In this document: in pieces, positions 47,413 to 57,551 of the stretch
Layout of the letters: every line of letters starts with the position of its first letter
How positions within the stretch are numbered: position 1 is the stretch's first letter
Origin: an uncultured virus (IMG/VR IMGVR_UViG_3300029915_000022)
Lineage: Duplodnaviria > Heunggongvirae > Uroviricota > Caudoviricetes
IMG/VR virus record: IMGVR_UViG_3300029915_000022
Length of the DNA stretch: 64,000 nt
Direction: 5' to 3' (one strand)
The notes under the pieces: model-generated
Told to the model about the DNA's origin: nothing
What the model saw: only the letters and a program-made list of their open reading frames with translations
The model's database searches: none
Made by a program: the position numbers and the translations under genes

Positions 47413-49002
47413 TTATCTAGAAAGGAAGGTTAAGGGTTCACGGAAATGAACTAGATCGATTGGAGGCGAGGCGTCGCACCCGACCCCCATCAGGGACATT
47501 GTGCATGTGGAGCTTGGGCTGGTCAGCAAGATCTCCGCGAATCCGACAGTCCAACTCGTTGGAGTGGCTGTGTTCGACGCGCCGATCGTCACGGCAGATG
47601 TCCCCGTGCTCCACGCGTTCTCATTCCATAGGATACCAGTTGCCCCGGATGTATTGTTATTTGCAATGGTTGCTTGCGGTGTCGTGGTTGGAGTGCGGCT
47701 AGTTTGATTCGCGCTATCTACGCCCCCACCTAAGAGCAGACTTCCCTTTGCCGCCGGAGTGATCGTAATCGCCGCCGGACCCGAGCTGGTGGCCCCACAC
47801 TGGAAATTCGCAGGCAACGTTTTTTCTGAATAAAGAGGTGCAACTACGAATATTGTACTTGAGATCAGCGAGGTCGCAGTGAATGTGGCAGTGACCGTCT
47901 TGCTTGAAGCCTGACTCGTTGTTACTGCGCACCACTCGTCTACCAATGCAGTCGTTCCATTCATGCATGGGGCGCCGAAAACATGCTGCCAACCCGCACT
48001 CGTTTTGGAGATTCCGCTATCGGAAATGGCGACGCTAGAGCTGGTAAGTCCGACGCCTTGAACTTCCACCATTGCGCATAGAAGTTCAGACGGTGCCGAC
48101 GTTGATCGGCTGGGGGAAGTCGTATTGGTGGTTGCTGTCGTAGTGCTGTGGCCCGGACAACTCGGAATAATGCCCGAGCTATTATTAGTTGCAGTTGGGC
48201 ACCAGACGGGATCTACACCCACGTTTACAGACGCGTCGAAGATCTCTACGGGATAACCGGACCAAGTTTGGGTTACGACGGCAGGACTAGCAGAGGCAAC
48301 CAGGCTGCCTCCGGTGCCAAGAGGCGAAGTCATTAGCCACAGCGCATGAGAATTTGCGGCATCGAGCACCTGATAAGTCACGGTCCCGCTAATTGCCGTT
48401 CGTGACGTTGCGCTATGCGAGTCGGCGAACCCAGCAAATGAATAATTATTTGCAGTCGTGAGTCCGCTAGGGTTCGCCGTCGCTGTAGTTCCCGTGTCGG
48501 TTCCGCCCTGCGCTTTCCCGATTGTCGCGGGAGATCCAAATACCAGCGGGACGCCAACTATATCTTGCACCACTCCGCTAGTAGTGGTGGCCGAGAAGTT
48601 ACAAGTGACTCCCGTTAGCGCAGACGACGTATAGGCGAAGAACGAAGCAGAGCACGTTGGTGTAGTGGTTGAACACTCAGTTCCTACGTTGCTAACCGAG
48701 ACGAGGAAAGTTCCTGAGCCTCCCGTGAAGGTTGGCGTTGCGAACGAGATTGTTCCAGCCGTCGCAATAGCCATCACGTGGATCTCAATCAACTCAATCC
48801 CGTTCATCGCGGCGGGTGGCGCGGTCGAAAATGAAGACGTGGAAGCGGTGGTGGTGGTGCCCGATCCGAGGATATTGCTGGCCACAGGACACGATCCCGC
48901 CCCGGTTGGGCAAGCTGACGTGTCGAACGTGAGAGCTGCGCGCGCGGAGCCGGAGCACAGGAGCAGTGCCAGGAGGATCTTAACGGCACGCATACATTCC
49001 AC
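47413..49002 (-). CDS. Thr/Ser/Gly/Cys-rich beta protein with N-terminal signal peptide
   Basis: MRAVKILLALLLCSGSARA; two similar beta domains. Confidence 0.6.
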   Translation of the reverse strand: MECMRAVKILLALLLCSGSARAALTFDTSACPTGAGSCPVASNILGSGTTTTASTSSFSTAPPAAMNGIELIEIHVMAIATAGTISFATPTFTGGSGTFLVSVSNVGTECSTTTPTCSASFFAYTSSALTGVTCNFSATTTSGVVQDIVGVPLVFGSPATIGKAQGGTDTGTTATANPSGLTTANNYSFAGFADSHSATSRTAISGTVTYQVLDAANSHALWLMTSPLGTGGSLVASASPAVVTQTWSGYPVEIFDASVNVGVDPVWCPTATNNSSGIIPSCPGHSTTTATTNTTSPSRSTSAPSELLCAMVEVQGVGLTSSSVAISDSGISKTSAGWQHVFGAPCMNGTTALVDEWCAVTTSQASSKTVTATFTATSLISSTIFVVAPLYSEKTLPANFQCGATSSGPAAITITPAAKGSLLLGGGVDSANQTSRTPTTTPQATIANNNTSGATGILWNENAWSTGTSAVTIGASNTATPTSWTVGFAEILLTSPSSTCTMSLMGVGCDASPPIDLVHFREPLTFLSR

Positions 49003-50335
49003 CTCCGCTCACGTTCGTAGATCCTCCGACGGCTACACAGACATTCTGCGAAACGGTCGCTGTCGCGTTAATCGGGTGGCCAGCAGAAGGGGCCATACCA
49101 CCTCCAGCCGCGAAACCCATCGAAGCCGTCGTATTTCCCCACATGCCGCGAGGTGTTCCGCCAGCGCAGGAGGATCCTGTACCCTCGATAATCGATACGA
49201 GCTGAGCAGATCCCGACGAAGAATTGACAAGCGTTAAAGAGCAGATATAGATCTGTTTCCCTGAGCAAAGCGGAATGATGATTGCGGTGCTCGCCGTTGA
49301 GAAGGAAAATGGAGTATCACAGACGATCGCCGTCGAGGTTCCGTCAGACAACTTGAAGGATCCAATTAGGGCAGACCCCGCAACCAGCCCGATCGTCCCA
49401 CCAGTCGCCTGCATAACCGCTGAGCCAAGAGAAGCCAGAATCGCCGCGAGAGTCGTCTGCGACGCAGCCCCCGTAGGCAACGGCTGTGCAGCTCCGTTTG
49501 GTGACAAAGAAACTGTAGTCGCCTTGTCCCCGGCTACAGGAGTGGTCGAGCCGGGCTGAACTTTCGCCGTGTTCGTACCGTCACTGGTCCCAACCCACGG
49601 AGTCGCGTTCGCAGATCCTTGATTCGCGTTTATCGTCGTCGGCGGCGTGAGGGCCGCGAGCTGGAGCGCCGTGAGAACAACAGGCCACGACCCCGCAGCT
49701 AGGGCTTGTCCCTGAGCTGGGATCTTGTCCGTGTCCGTCTTGATCGCGGCGAGGTTGCCTCCGGACTCGAGAGCGAGCAAAGAAGTATTGAGATTCGTGC
49801 CCGCGTTGGCGGTGAACGCAGTGTTGCTGATCGAGCCGATTGCAGACGCTCCTCCGCCAAGGATCACGGTCGGGTTGACCGCGAACGCAGGCAACGTTCC
49901 CGAGATACCAAAGCTCGTGTTGCTGATGCTGCCTCCAGCGATATTGAAGGAAGGCGTCGATGCGAACGGTGGCAGTGTGCCGCTGATCCCAAAGGCGGTG
50001 TTCCCGATATTTCCTCCGCCGAGATTGAACGTAGGTGTAAAAGCGAATGCGGGGAGTGACCCGGTGAGCGATACAGATCCCGACACAGGTTGCGGAGTAG
50101 TCCCTGTTGGGTCGATACGAACCGGATTCGTCAAAGATCCCAGCGTATTCGATCCATCGTAGAGTTGAACCTTCGCCGACCCGTTGGTAAGAGTGGTGTC
50201 CGTTGTAGCCACCGGAGTACCGCCCAAGAATCCCTGAATCTGCTGAATACCTGGAGCGTTGGTTGCAACTGCGACTCCTGTGGCCACAAGGAGTGCGCCA
50301 ACAACTCCGGCCAAAACGGCTTTTCCATTCGTCAT
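48980..50335 (-). CDS. Fibre-like protein with signal peptide and ~26-aa repeats
   Basis: MTNGKAVLAGVVGALLVATGVAVA; three copies of G.LP.FA..P.F...GG.I.NT.F. Confidence 0.6.
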   Translation of the reverse strand: MTNGKAVLAGVVGALLVATGVAVATNAPGIQQIQGFLGGTPVATTDTTLTNGSAKVQLYDGSNTLGSLTNPVRIDPTGTTPQPVSGSVSLTGSLPAFAFTPTFNLGGGNIGNTAFGISGTLPPFASTPSFNIAGGSISNTSFGISGTLPAFAVNPTVILGGGASAIGSISNTAFTANAGTNLNTSLLALESGGNLAAIKTDTDKIPAQGQALAAGSWPVVLTALQLAALTPPTTINANQGSANATPWVGTSDGTNTAKVQPGSTTPVAGDKATTVSLSPNGAAQPLPTGAASQTTLAAILASLGSAVMQATGGTIGLVAGSALIGSFKLSDGTSTAIVCDTPFSFSTASTAIIIPLCSGKQIYICSLTLVNSSSGSAQLVSIIEGTGSSCAGGTPRGMWGNTTASMGFAAGGGMAPSAGHPINATATVSQNVCVAVGGSTNVSGGGMYACR

Positions 50336-50629
50336 TTAGAATTCCTCGACAAAGCCGGTTTGACCACCGTCAGCAGAAAAGATCCAGATATCTTGGGAAG
50401 TCGGGAGGATCCGGGATTCTTCCCCAGATGCGATAACTTTCCCGGTCGACGCATTTACGCCGTTGTCGTATCCGTAGTAGATGGGAGATCCGGGGCCAGA
50501 TCCAATGTCGACGCTTATCCGGGCAATTAACCGTCCGGACAACCCAATCGCTGGGACCTTAACCGGCGTGTTCGCGGTTAAAGGACCCCAAGCCGTTAGT
50601 TTCGCAGCGGTTGAGAATGGTGTCGACAT
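50336..50629 (-). CDS. Hypothetical beta-sandwich protein
   Basis: Operonic ORF, GAGG RBS. Confidence 0.5.
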   Translation of the reverse strand: MSTPFSTAAKLTAWGPLTANTPVKVPAIGLSGRLIARISVDIGSGPGSPIYYGYDNGVNASTGKVIASGEESRILPTSQDIWIFSADGGQTGFVEEF

Positions 50630-50639
50630 TTGGCCTCAG

Positions 50640-51377
50640 TTAGAAGCTAAGCGACGGGCCGAAAACGAGACGAGCTGCAACGTCCCCGATAAAGCCCTTC
50701 CACCACCCGAAAGACGCATAGCCATTCAGGACGCTTGCGACAACCCCGATGGATACCTGTTGCGCGACGAAGTCCACCCTTCCGCACGCGTTCAAACCAA
50801 CCGAGTACCACTGGCCCTTCCACGCAGTCGCATTGTAGCAGAGCCCCGGTTGGAAGGCTCCTTCAACCTTCTTTGTATGAAGATTGATCGACGTAACAAT
50901 GACCACCGCGGCTGGTTGGAAACTGAAGACGCCGACGGTCCCGCCGAACGAAGTCGTCGTCACCGGTGGAGTATCGGACGATGCGACCTTGGGCAGAACC
51001 GGTTCAACCTTGACAGGATCCGCATGAGTCGAAAACGATAGAAGTAGTGTGGCAAGGAAGATCCCAACCAGAACTGGGATCAAGGCGAATCCATTTGGAG
51101 GAGTCAATGTAGTCCTTCCGGACCCAAGTTCGATAGCCATCGGGTGGCCACTCGGAACGGCGGCAAGTAAGGGGAACTTCAGTGGATTCTCGGATTGGGT
51201 GTCGTAGTGCTCAGCAATAGAGAACCTCGCGCACACCAACTTCAGCAAGGCAAGGATCGCCGGAGTGAAGGTCGTGGGGTGCTCAGTCACCATCGTGAAG
51301 ATGGTCGGCGCGAAGGCAGACGCGATCAAAATCAGCATCGTCTGATGAGCAACCAAGAATGCGAGAAAGCCGGACAT
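50640..51377 (-). CDS. Membrane protein next to endolysin (possible lysis component)
   Basis: Three hydrophobic segments and a beta-rich C-terminus ending in Phe. Confidence 0.5.
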   Translation of the reverse strand: MSGFLAFLVAHQTMLILIASAFAPTIFTMVTEHPTTFTPAILALLKLVCARFSIAEHYDTQSENPLKFPLLAAVPSGHPMAIELGSGRTTLTPPNGFALIPVLVGIFLATLLLSFSTHADPVKVEPVLPKVASSDTPPVTTTSFGGTVGVFSFQPAAVVIVTSINLHTKKVEGAFQPGLCYNATAWKGQWYSVGLNACGRVDFVAQQVSIGVVASVLNGYASFGWWKGFIGDVAARLVFGPSLSF

Positions 51378-51431
51378 AGAATCTCCTTTGAAGGTAAGTG
51401 ATCGTCTACTACTTTGGGAAGATTTGCAATC

Positions 51432-51905
51432 CTATTCTGGATCCTGAACAGGAGTTGACCACAACGCGCATTCGGCTTCCCGGCGGTTGATCAAACCTTG
51501 GCTGACCTTAAGCTCGTGAGGCGGCGCGGGATCCGTCTCTTTGTTCCAGAGACGAATGTGGTCCGGGACTTCCGAAAGACTCCCGGCAAGGGCGAGAGCT
51601 CGCGCGGAGCTCGTCGCGAACCTGCGAAGTCCAATGTTGTACGCCAGGATCACAAGAGCGCTGTACTGGTTGTCATTCAGTATCGCGCCGCGCATAAGCG
51701 AATTGATCCCGATGCAGAAAATCTGAACGTCTCGGTCGTACGCACGGTCTGCTTGATCCTGGGTCCAAACAAGCCCCATAACAACGTCGGGTCCAGTGTG
51801 CCCGTACCCGATTGTCCAGACGAGTTTCTCGTCTTCATAAGCCTTGAACTTGCAGTCTTCCAGGCGCTTCAAAAGATTCTTTGCACGGTCTGTGAACGTA
51901 TTCAC
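51432..51905 (-). CDS. Endolysin, phage lysozyme (GH24)
   Basis: E-x8-D-x5-T (EDCKFKAYEDEKLVWTIGYGHT), AYNIG, GLINRREAE. Confidence 0.93.
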   Translation of the reverse strand: MNTFTDRAKNLLKRLEDCKFKAYEDEKLVWTIGYGHTGPDVVMGLVWTQDQADRAYDRDVQIFCIGINSLMRGAILNDNQYSALVILAYNIGLRRFATSSARALALAGSLSEVPDHIRLWNKETDPAPPHELKVSQGLINRREAECALWSTPVQDPE

Positions 51906-51916
51906 GATTCACCAGG

Positions 51917-51945
51917 TTGCAAACGGGTTAGCCCTTGGTTATACT
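51917..51945 (+). promoter_or_regulatory. sigma70-like promoter in a 43-bp GA/TC-free island
   Basis: TTGCAA-17-TATACT. Confidence 0.8.
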
Positions 51946-51963
51946 TTTACCAAGAGGTGACAC

Positions 51964-52224
51964 ATGCGCTTTCTAGTTCTTGTGACGCTAGTTTCCTGCG
52001 GGGTCTCTACGCAACTCCAAAGTTCGGCCAATCCTCCGGATTCGGTATGTTCCGAATTCTACTGCCCTTCTGGGTTGATGGAACTCAATGCTCAGTTCCA
52101 ACCAGCGGAGTGTATTTGCTACTGCAGTGATTCGCTCCCGCCAGTTGAACTAGATAACCCACTTCCGGTTACGCCACAAGGAATCCAAAATTCCGAATTT
52201 CTTTGGAGGACCTTCTGCGGTTAA
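51964..52224 (+). CDS. Small Cys-rich lipoprotein, antisense to the late operon
   Basis: GAGGTGA RBS; MRFLVLVTLVSC lipobox. Confidence 0.65.
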   Translation: MRFLVLVTLVSCGVSTQLQSSANPPDSVCSEFYCPSGLMELNAQFQPAECICYCSDSLPPVELDNPLPVTPQGIQNSEFLWRTFCG

Positions 52225-53567
52225 CTGGAAGGAGTTGTGGTTCGGTATGAGAGCATCTTGAAGTAGTCAATCGCGATGAATTTCGTTCCGGCACCAGTTC
52301 TGGATCCCACTCGAAAATATGGGGTGTATCCAACATCCAGGAAACCTGGAATAGTTGATACCGGATACCCGATTGTCATTGTACTGTCCGGACTAAAAAG
52401 GGTTCCTCCAGTATCCCCGCTTGCGTTCACCAACGCGATTGTGAACGCGTACCCATCGACAAGGTTGGAACGGCCAACGGCTTGCATTCCGATACGGACA
52501 TGACAACTATTCGTGATTGTAGGCCCGTTGAACCATGTGCTGTAGGCAGCTCCGGATCCTGCTTTATCGTGTCCAAGGGAGAACTTGGTTGCATTCACCG
52601 TCGAATCAAAAACGGCTGCAACGTAGTTGTTTGGAGTACCGCCACTGGATAAGGATCCATTATCCCAAAGTCCAAATTCAACAACTAGATTCGTCAGTGA
52701 GCTTGGGAACTGGAACTGGCATTCGATATAAGGCTCAAACCCTGCCCATCCTTGCCCAGTTGTGGTGAAAGCAAGCGATAAGGCTTCCCAGTCGCTCGCA
52801 GCAGAAGCTGCACAAGTGACTAATGCAGAACTGTCCTGGACAGTTACAGATCCCGCATTCGTTCCATGCGATGTAACCCACGGCCCACTCGTCACTAATC
52901 CAGTTCCAGGAAAATCGTCAAAAAAGAGTCCGCGATTCTGAGCATCCGCAATCCAGAGACTTTCCGGAGTGATCATAACGTGGTCTATCTTTGCCTGCGC
53001 TCCGGAAACAGCCGTGCCCTCTTGCGTAAATCTCCAGTCGAATGTATGGTGTCCTTCACGAAGAATGTCTGACGTCCATTTCCCGCTCAGCGGAATCGTA
53101 TCACCTCGCGGCTGGAGAGGGGCAACAATTGACCCGTCAATGTAGAAAGAGAGTATATCTCCGTTCGTATTACTCGCAAGAAGGTTAAAGAAAAAACTAA
53201 CCCGACTTGGAGAAGTGATGTAAAAATCTAGCCCGAGGGATGCAACTTGCGACGCCGCTTGCCCTGAAGGTCGATCAGCGCTTGCAGACCCTTCAAGCGG
53301 TGTCGAAGTAGAACGAATGTACCCGAGGTCTGATCCGTACCGACGAGATGGAGCAGACCATGCACCTGAAGGACTAGGAGGCGGAAAGGTTGCTGACTCG
53401 AATTTTTCAAGCATCGCTCCTGAATTCAAAAGCGAGTTGAGGTAAGCTGTCCGATCCGCCAACTGCTGAAGTGAAGTCGCGATCGACGCGCCATTTAGAA
53501 CGTCGGTATCATCTGGCGAAGTGATTGCCGGAAAAGCTGTGGGGTCGTCGACAATAGGATCGGACAT
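52221..53567 (-). CDS. Tail fibre / receptor-binding protein
   Basis: LQQLADRTAYL N-terminal motif; follows baseplate genes. Confidence 0.75.
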   Translation of the reverse strand: MSDPIVDDPTAFPAITSPDDTDVLNGASIATSLQQLADRTAYLNSLLNSGAMLEKFESATFPPPSPSGAWSAPSRRYGSDLGYIRSTSTPLEGSASADRPSGQAASQVASLGLDFYITSPSRVSFFFNLLASNTNGDILSFYIDGSIVAPLQPRGDTIPLSGKWTSDILREGHHTFDWRFTQEGTAVSGAQAKIDHVMITPESLWIADAQNRGLFFDDFPGTGLVTSGPWVTSHGTNAGSVTVQDSSALVTCAASAASDWEALSLAFTTTGQGWAGFEPYIECQFQFPSSLTNLVVEFGLWDNGSLSSGGTPNNYVAAVFDSTVNATKFSLGHDKAGSGAAYSTWFNGPTITNSCHVRIGMQAVGRSNLVDGYAFTIALVNASGDTGGTLFSPDSTMTIGYPVSTIPGFLDVGYTPYFRVGSRTGAGTKFIAIDYFKMLSYRTTTPSS

Positions 53568-53575
53568 GATCTTTC

Positions 53576-54505
53576 CTAGGGAGTCCAGTAGGTAGGAGCA
53601 GGCGACGTGTTATCGCCCCAAAGTGTTTTCGTAGTTGCCCAAGTCTTGCTGGTCATCGGACCGGGGTATCCCCAAAGAGATCCTTCGCCACTGGTGGGGA
53701 TAACGATTCTTACGCAGGTGGAATGCGCACTCTTCCATTGACGGATAAGCGACGCAACCCGCAGAGCCTCAGACGTTCCATTTGCGGGAGGAGTTCCACC
53801 CCATGCGGTGGGGTATGGAGTAAAGATTACGACTGCGAACTGACTCCAAAAATCCTGACCCTTACACTGCCATCGGACAGATCCTTCGTCCGTAATGGAG
53901 CCGACCGATGTCTTCCAGGTTGGTTGTGTAGTTCCGGAATTCCCTCCAAGAGAGGTAACGTAGAAGAACCCGTTCCTTGGAGAAGGAACTAGTACGTCTC
54001 CAGGATTCCAAACCGCACTGATTGACCAAGAAACTGGATTCTTGAGCGGAGACATCGGTCCAAAGTAAGACCGTGGGCTTGGAGTAACCACAAGATTCTG
54101 GTTTGCGTCAAGGGTGTACCATCCACCAAGTTGCTGGATGATCCCGACGTTCGTATAACCAGCGTCGTAGAGAGCCCGCAGAACCCCTTGGTGTGTTCCA
54201 GCGTAGGGCCAGACAGCCCACGCATTCAGAAGTCGGACAGCGTACGCAAGATCAGTCTCACCGGGATTTGCGTAGATGCCGCGTTCTTGCCCAATGGCAG
54301 TTAAGGCGTCTGGAGGAGCTAGACCTGGAAGCGGAAGTTTGGACTTGATCGAAAGACGAATACGAAGCGCAAGATAGTCTTTGACGGCTGCGAACGCCAT
54401 CGAAATCGCATTTCCAACCGGTTGCTGAGTTTGCGAAGTGGCAATAGACTGATAGTACGTTTGCCATTCCGAAGGAGTTAGCTGTTGAAAAGGGATCCCA
54501 GACAT
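53576..54505 (-). CDS. Baseplate wedge / tail protein I-like
   Basis: DAL..IG.ERG......ETD..YA.RL; IRQWKSAH. Confidence 0.7.
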   Translation of the reverse strand: MSGIPFQQLTPSEWQTYYQSIATSQTQQPVGNAISMAFAAVKDYLALRIRLSIKSKLPLPGLAPPDALTAIGQERGIYANPGETDLAYAVRLLNAWAVWPYAGTHQGVLRALYDAGYTNVGIIQQLGGWYTLDANQNLVVTPSPRSYFGPMSPLKNPVSWSISAVWNPGDVLVPSPRNGFFYVTSLGGNSGTTQPTWKTSVGSITDEGSVRWQCKGQDFWSQFAVVIFTPYPTAWGGTPPANGTSEALRVASLIRQWKSAHSTCVRIVIPTSGEGSLWGYPGPMTSKTWATTKTLWGDNTSPAPTYWTP

Positions 54506-54506
54506 C

Positions 54507-56012
54507 TTAGACCGCCGTAAAGATCAACGAATTGGTCAACGTTGCAACTTGACCAAATGTCAAAGCGACGTCGGCCGTTCCGCCATTCAGCGTAAGACCT
54601 GTAATGGTCTTAATCGAAACTCCTGGACCACCACCCGAGGATCCAACTGCCGCTCCGATTTCCTCGTAAGAAACCTTCACCGAACCAATATTGTCAGGTC
54701 CGATTTGAATTGGCGTAAGATACGCGGCAAGAGACGCCGCGACCGCGTTCTGGATAGCCGTTAGAGTAATTTTCGAGGCGTAGTAGAACACGGTGCCTGC
54801 AACCGTCATGACGGCGTTAGTTGCTGAAGCGACCGAGATAGTTGCTGGCATTGCAACTAGGGGAGTAACGTAGGCCGTGACATCAGTGACCGCCTGCGGA
54901 GCTACTGCACCCGCTGATCCAGCAAGGTAGATATCGATCTGGCCCGCAATGGCTGGATCCGGCTGGGCAAGTGCCTTCGTGACCGTTGTTGGGTGAGATG
55001 CCGATTTCTCCGCGAGGGTCGCCCACAGCTGATACGTTGCCGCTGGGGATCCGCTTCCCAGAGCGGGCCACCGCTGCGTGCATCGAAGCATGTAGGCTGC
55101 ATCAAGTTCTGGGTCGGTGCCCTGGGACGTAATCCAGGATCCAGAACCCGGATCCGGATTGGATACGGTTACACCAGGGAGAGTTCCGGCAATGATGGAG
55201 GTAATAGACCCGTTGCCGACGTTGAAGGCAGATCCAGCGGACTGTGCAGCAATCGAAACCTGCAAAGTTCCATTTTTCGGAAGCGTCCCACCAGTGAGGT
55301 TTGAATAGAGTAGCCCGCCAGTGGATGCGAACCACATGGACCCTGGAGCGATCGTGAAGGGTCCGGCGCCCTGAGCGTCCGTGAGGGTTTCAAGACCCAT
55401 CGTGATCCCAACAAGGTTCCCGACTCCCAAGCGAGCTAGCCCGTAGAACCCGTTACCGATCAGATCCGCCCAGGATCCTGAAGCGTAGTTCGTGTATCCG
55501 CCAGCGGCAAGAGCCGATTGCTGCGTCGACGAAGCGGCGAGTGCCTGCGCTTCCGTCTCAACCAGTTGACGATAAGAGGAGGCAGGCCCCCATGATGTAA
55601 TCGGCAGGCTGGGAATCGCCAGGGCGAATGTAAACGTATCGCCAATTACGAAGCTTCCAGCGGCTCCCACCGGCCCCGAGATAAACGTAACCGTCGCGCC
55701 AGTGGCACCAAGTACGAAGGTTCCGGTGGTTGCCGGAACAGTCTGGCCCGTCGTAAACGTCGCACCACCATCTAGCGAATACTGGAATAAAGCAGTTCCA
55801 AGTTCTCCGCTGGTGGTTATATTGACGATAACCAGAGGATAGCTACCCGCCGGTGTTCCGGATAGGGCAATGCTTCCAGATCCCAAAGCGACTCCGCCAG
55901 CGGCGGAACCACTCTCTACGACAATTCCAAGCCCTTGCAAGGAGCTCAGAATCATCTTCCGCCAGTCATCGACTGAAGGAGCCGCAAGTAGTTGCGCAAG
56001 AGTAAGCGGCAT
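54507..56012 (-). CDS. Baseplate J-like protein
   Basis: ASGSWAD...YGLAR; G.D.E.D..Y..R; Y..WA. Confidence 0.8.
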   Translation of the reverse strand: MPLTLAQLLAAPSVDDWRKMILSSLQGLGIVVESGSAAGGVALGSGSIALSGTPAGSYPLVIVNITTSGELGTALFQYSLDGGATFTTGQTVPATTGTFVLGATGATVTFISGPVGAAGSFVIGDTFTFALAIPSLPITSWGPASSYRQLVETEAQALAASSTQQSALAAGGYTNYASGSWADLIGNGFYGLARLGVGNLVGITMGLETLTDAQGAGPFTIAPGSMWFASTGGLLYSNLTGGTLPKNGTLQVSIAAQSAGSAFNVGNGSITSIIAGTLPGVTVSNPDPGSGSWITSQGTDPELDAAYMLRCTQRWPALGSGSPAATYQLWATLAEKSASHPTTVTKALAQPDPAIAGQIDIYLAGSAGAVAPQAVTDVTAYVTPLVAMPATISVASATNAVMTVAGTVFYYASKITLTAIQNAVAASLAAYLTPIQIGPDNIGSVKVSYEEIGAAVGSSGGGPGVSIKTITGLTLNGGTADVALTFGQVATLTNSLIFTAV

Positions 56013-56428
56013 TAAGTCACCTTCAGGATTTGGAGTGTTACACTCGTTGCAGCAAGAACGAACTGGAACGGCCCGGTGCCAGTAGTACCATTGATCTCAA
56101 TGGTAACCGTCTGCCCTTGAAGATCAGGGAAAGGATCCGAGACAACGACACTAACATCCGAGGTCTGGACAGTGTCTTCGCGATCAACTTCCCTCTGAAT
56201 ATCCGACTGCATGGACGATTTGACTTCGTCTGTTAATGTCTCGTTCAAGTAGTTCAGTACATTCGTGCATTCTTCAGGAGCCCAAGACCAGGCGCCTCTG
56301 TCGTTCGAAATTCGACGACATACGCGTTGACAAAGTCCAACATTCCCGGCCACTAATGTGCCGAGTGGATCAAAATCTGGGAACCCGCCGATGTCTACGC
56401 CAAGATCAAGCATTAAGGGGAATCTCAC
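56012..56428 (-). CDS. Baseplate wedge subunit (Mu gp46 / gpW-like)
   Basis: Size, position and L.Q...RR....RG pattern. Confidence 0.6.
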   Translation of the reverse strand: MRFPLMLDLGVDIGGFPDFDPLGTLVAGNVGLCQRVCRRISNDRGAWSWAPEECTNVLNYLNETLTDEVKSSMQSDIQREVDREDTVQTSDVSVVVSDPFPDLQGQTVTIEINGTTGTGPFQFVLAATSVTLQILKVT

Positions 56429-56459
56429 TCTTAGTAAGAAGACATGGTAGTGTCGCCGG

Positions 56460-57551
56460 TCAGTACGTCTCTAGTGTATTCCAGCCGTAGTTCAGATACA
56501 CAGACGTGTTGGACAGTGGCGTAATCGTTGTGAAGGGGAATGCGGCAAGCCACACGTTGCTCGGCGGCACAGTGGATGGCCCTGCATACTGGGTTCCGTC
56601 GATGCTGCACGAGATCGACGGGCTCGCATGTCCTGCGGGGATGTAGACTGAAAATGTATGGTAGTTCGTATCGGCCGCCACACCGGTATTGACGCAGTTA
56701 TAGTTGGTGCCGTTTCCGGCGCAGCATTGATAGTTCGCACTGACGGCGGAGTCATAGCTGATACCAGCGAATTTGCACGCCGACGATGTGGATGTAGTGA
56801 CACCGGGAGTAGCATTCAGAAATGTGCAAGCCGAGCCCGTTGTAGCGCCAATCGCTACCCACATGCGCGTGAACGCGGTAGTTCCGTTTCCTAGACCAGC
56901 GTATTGCGTATAACGAGGGTCAAAAGAGAAAGAGGTGTTGTCTCTGTTTTGAGGAGCGATGCCTGTATATTGGCCAGCCGAAGAACCAGACTGGACAAAC
57001 ATCGTGTTGACATAGACCGAGAAGGTTTCGTTGTTTCCGCTAGACCCGATTGTCCCGAGCAGCCCCCAGTTATTAGAGCTTCCGGCGCACGTAAATCCGC
57101 TTGAACTGCCCAGATCGCTCTGGGAGATGCGGCACATCTCCCACTGCTTCTGCGCAAACAGCGCGGGGATTGTCGCAGGATAGACGACACCTCCGTCGCT
57201 GGCGAGCGCCGCCCCTGCGGTATAAGGCAGCGACGCCGTGTTCGTTCCGCCGTCGGCGATGGGATTCACGACCCCTGACGGAATGCCTCCGTCCGCATAG
57301 CCGGGCGCGTTCTGCACGAACGCCCAGACCTGCGAGCAGATCGTCTTCTGCTGCTTGGTCGACAGCGGCGGACCGGAAAACCCTGCATCTGGATCTGATG
57401 TCCACGCCGTATAGATGTCAGCCGAGAGCGTGCCAACTCCGCCGTCGCACGTCGCGTTCCCGACCGGCTCGGCCTGCGCGGTGCTGCCGCCGACGACGAG
57501 CAGGCCTACGAGCAGCGCGCCGAACACGAGAGCCGCGAGAATCCGATTCAT
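56460..57551 (-). CDS. Cys-rich protein with signal peptide, inserted in baseplate module
   Basis: MNRILAALVFGALLVGLLVVGGSTAQA; repeated DGG/DAG; lectin-like C-terminus. Confidence 0.6.
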   Translation of the reverse strand: MNRILAALVFGALLVGLLVVGGSTAQAEPVGNATCDGGVGTLSADIYTAWTSDPDAGFSGPPLSTKQQKTICSQVWAFVQNAPGYADGGIPSGVVNPIADGGTNTASLPYTAGAALASDGGVVYPATIPALFAQKQWEMCRISQSDLGSSSGFTCAGSSNNWGLLGTIGSSGNNETFSVYVNTMFVQSGSSAGQYTGIAPQNRDNTSFSFDPRYTQYAGLGNGTTAFTRMWVAIGATTGSACTFLNATPGVTTSTSSACKFAGISYDSAVSANYQCCAGNGTNYNCVNTGVAADTNYHTFSVYIPAGHASPSISCSIDGTQYAGPSTVPPSNVWLAAFPFTTITPLSNTSVYLNYGWNTLETY

